A stretch of 64,000 nt of DNA, taken from Azolla caroliniana (Eukaryota > Plantae > Polypodiophyta). A program made the position numbers and the translations under genes. The first letter of the stretch is position 1, and the number at the start of each line of letters is the position of its first letter. The notes below the pieces were generated by a model, which saw only the letters and a program-made list of their open reading frames with translations, ran no database searches and was not told where the DNA came from. The stretch lies in the NCBI GenBank assembly GCA_043228905.1, contig JBHGNT010000010.1, positions 6,138,001-6,202,000 on the forward strand. Reading direction: 5' to 3'. Of the stretch, positions 61,292 through 64,000 are shown in pieces.

Positions 61292-64000
61292 TGTCGAATA
61301 CATGTGTATAATGGACGTATTCACACTATCCCGTTTTGGCCATTTATGTAATTAGCATAAAGGGTAGTTGCCCTAAGTCGGTCACTATATATAGTGACCT
61401 TGTAACCTTTTTGTAAGGTTGGATGTTGTATTATTGCTTTATGGAATAAAGAGTCTTTTGTGTCTCTCTCTCTCTCTCTCTCTGTGCAACGACCTACAAA
61501 CTGTCATACGCAGGTATTCAGAACACAATCAAATGCTACTTGATCTTCCGCAAAGACGACTTTGTCTCCAACATCTGGTATCAGAGCCTGCACAGTAGTC
61601 GGTCCTTCAATCCGCTGTCGGCCGTCGTCTCTGCATTCGGTTTCCTGCGTCATTCGAAGAAGAGAGAAGAAGAAGAAAAACCAGGTTTGCATCTCATTGC
61701 GTTAGATCATCTTTGCTTGGAGTAAGCCAGCAGGTTGTACTCCGTTCCTTGTGATCGTAACCGCTCGAGGTGAAATCCCCCTGTGCAACATTGACACGAT
61801 CGTGCTCCATTCGGTTTAACGGCATCCGAAGAGGTAATCAAACGCCGCTCGTTGTAACCACTCGGTGCAGATCGGTCTCAAGACAACAACCCCAAATTCG
61901 TGCTTCATCTGGCTGATCGACATTCGAGAGGATCAGTTGGATCCGTCTCTCTCGTCGCTGCAGTCAACCGAAGCAGAATCGGTCCAGATAATCGGTTTCA
62001 ATAATCGGTATTCGGCATATATATCCGAAGCGAACCGGGCTCACTCCGACTCGGCAACATTCGGGAAGACCAGTCGGTTCTGTCCCTCAAGCTACCGGAG
62101 TCAACTCGAGCAAGTTCCGAAGCCGAACCGACTCGGGTTCAAATCTGACTAGAACGATATCGGGTGAGCCAACCGGCTACACTCCAACAAGGTTCGTAGT
62201 CAACTCCGAACCGAGCTCCGTCAACCGAAACCAAATTTGATGGCATCAACATCCGGCTCGTCAGAAATGAGTCTACGCAAGTTCGATGGATCGAACTTCA
62301 ACTTCTGGAAGGAACAAATGCAGGACTATCTCATAGTCAAGGGGCAAATCGATCCCATCGAAAATGAAGAACCTCCAGAAGGATACAAACCAATTGAGTG
62401 GCAAAAGTTGGACAGAATCGTCCGCGCCACGATTCGGATGCACCTATCGGAATCGGTATACTTTACGGTGCAATCGTGTACGACAGCATTCGAACTGTGG
62501 AAAACACTGTCGGACACTTATGAAAAGAAGGTCGCCGCAACGAAGATGTTTCTGATCCGGCGCCTCTACAACTTGCGGATGAAAGAATCCGATTCGGTCC
62601 AAGCACACCTCAATGAGTACGAAAGCATAAGCTCCCAAATCTCGTCACAGGGGACGGCAATCGAGGATGAACTCAGAGCAATGATACTCATGAGCAGCCT
62701 TCCCTCATCATGGGAAACTTTCGTCACAACCGTGTGCAACGCGTCAACCACGGCTGTTAAATACTCCGAAGTCACGAGCGCAATCCTGACCGAAGCAGCT
62801 CGGAGAAAGTCTTTCGCCAAAGACTCAACAGACGACGCCTATGTAGTACAAGGTTCGACAGACCGATCGAACATACGAGGAAGAGATTCCTCACGGCCGC
62901 CGAACAATCAGCGAAGACGGAGCCAGTCACGGGATAACCGAATCTGCAACTATTGCAAGAAACCCGGACACATCAAAGCCGACTGCCGCGCACTCAAGAA
63001 CAAGAACAACAAGAAGAGTGGCCGGCATGAGGAGATCAATTGCGTCAGCTTCTCGGCTGATGTACTACCGGACGACCCGAATATACTATCAATCGAAAAT
63101 CCAGTCGCATCCGAAGTTCTGCTCACGACTGAAGAATCGAGCACATGGCTCTTGGATTCGGGCGCGTCATTTCACGTGACTCCTCATAGATCCCAATTTC
63201 GGCAATATACGGTCCGTCACTCCGACTCAGTTCGAGTCGGCAACTCACAACACTGTGACATCATCGGAATCGGCACAGTAGAGCTCAACCTTGCAGGTGG
63301 CTCTACACTTGTACTCCACAATGTCCGACATGTACCCGAGCTCTCAAGGCCATTGATCTCAGTCGGACAACTAGATGAAGACGGCATTCGTGCCGGTTTT
63401 TCTACGGGAGGGTGGACACTCCACAGGGGGAACCTCCTGCTTGCTAGAGGACCCAAGATACACTCCCTGTATCCGTTACATGTTACGCTCAGAGAGGGTA
63501 ACCTGTTTTTGGTGGATATTCCTGTGTCATCACTATGGCACCGGAGATTAGGACACCTCAGCAAGGCCGGCATCACGCATCTATCTAGAGCCGGATACAT
63601 CCCCAAACTCTCCTTCTCCGACCATCAATTCTGCGAGCATTGCCAGTATGGCAAACAAGCAGCCGTATCACACCCGACATCAGCACCAAGAGAAACGAGA
63701 CCTCTCGATTTGGTCCACTCGGACGTCTGTGGCCCAATGCCGCATCAGTCTCTTGGCGGTGCCTCTTACTTCGTCAGTTTTATTGACGATTCGACTCGAA
63801 AGGTGTGGGCTTATCCAATTCGCACCAAAGATCGTGTCTTCTCGATCTTCTCCGATTGGCTCGCTATGGTAGAAAATCAAACCGACCGAAAGCTGAAATG
63901 CCTTCGGACCGACAATGGGGGAGAGTTTAAATCCGAAGAATTCGTCAAATTTGCCGACAACGCGGCATCCGACGTGAATTTACGGCACCACACAGCCCGG
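61292..64000 (+). mobile_element. Ty1/copia family B, 5' part: LTR 61292-61573, PBS 61576-61587, leader, gag-pol
   Basis: TGTCGAATAC..CCAACA, then TGGTATCAGAGC; LTR homologous to 1048-1417. Confidence 0.95.
62240..64000 (+). CDS. copia gag-pol (gag, protease, integrase), running off the window; probable 1-nt deletion near 63950
   Basis: MASTSGSSEMSLRKFDGSNFNFWKEQM, CNYCKKPGHIKADC, WLLDSGASFHVT, WHRRLGH, HSDVCGP, LRTDNGGEF. Confidence 0.88.
   Translation, partial: MASTSGSSEMSLRKFDGSNFNFWKEQMQDYLIVKGQIDPIENEEPPEGYKPIEWQKLDRIVRATIRMHLSESVYFTVQSCTTAFELWKTLSDTYEKKVAATKMFLIRRLYNLRMKESDSVQAHLNEYESISSQISSQGTAIEDELRAMILMSSLPSSWETFVTTVCNASTTAVKYSEVTSAILTEAARRKSFAKDSTDDAYVVQGSTDRSNIRGRDSSRPPNNQRRRSQSRDNRICNYCKKPGHIKADCRALKNKNNKKSGRHEEINCVSFSADVLPDDPNILSIENPVASEVLLTTEESSTWLLDSGASFHVTPHRSQFRQYTVRHSDSVRVGNSQHCDIIGIGTVELNLAGGSTLVLHNVRHVPELSRPLISVGQLDEDGIRAGFSTGGWTLHRGNLLLARGPKIHSLYPLHVTLREGNLFLVDIPVSSLWHRRLGHLSKAGITHLSRAGYIPKLSFSDHQFCEHCQYGKQAAVSHPTSAPRETRPLDLVHSDVCGPMPHQSLGGASYFVSFIDDSTRKVWAYPIRTKDRVFSIFSDWLAMVENQTDRKLKCLRTDNGGEFKSEEFVKFADNAASDVNLRHHTAR

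Overview
Eukaryotic, repeat-rich land-plant DNA, probably a seed-free plant such as a fern (inferred from a Tcn1-like chromovirus plus PME and PPR genes). Two host genes sit in a small island: a 5-exon type-II pectin methylesterase (15684-19707, +) and a convergent intronless P-class PPR gene (21280-23034, -). Most of the rest is nested retroelements. These include several Ty1/copia copies (one full-length, TSD TGGAC), decayed LINEs, tRNA-derived SINE-like relics, a young Tcn1-like chromovirus (TSD ACAGG) and a hAT MITE (8-bp TSD). There are also two head-to-head non-chromovirus Ty3/gypsy elements (G1 on -, G2 on +) that each carry a large extra ORF. Most unusual signal: in the G1/G2 family the upstream (U3) edge of the LTR is preceded by a tRNA-Arg-like 3'-end sequence ending in CCA rather than a polypurine tract, and one LTR is flanked by PBS-like motifs on both sides. 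The chromovirus shows a Tf1-type self-priming geometry and a -1 frameshift signal. All alignments and counts were made by eye.
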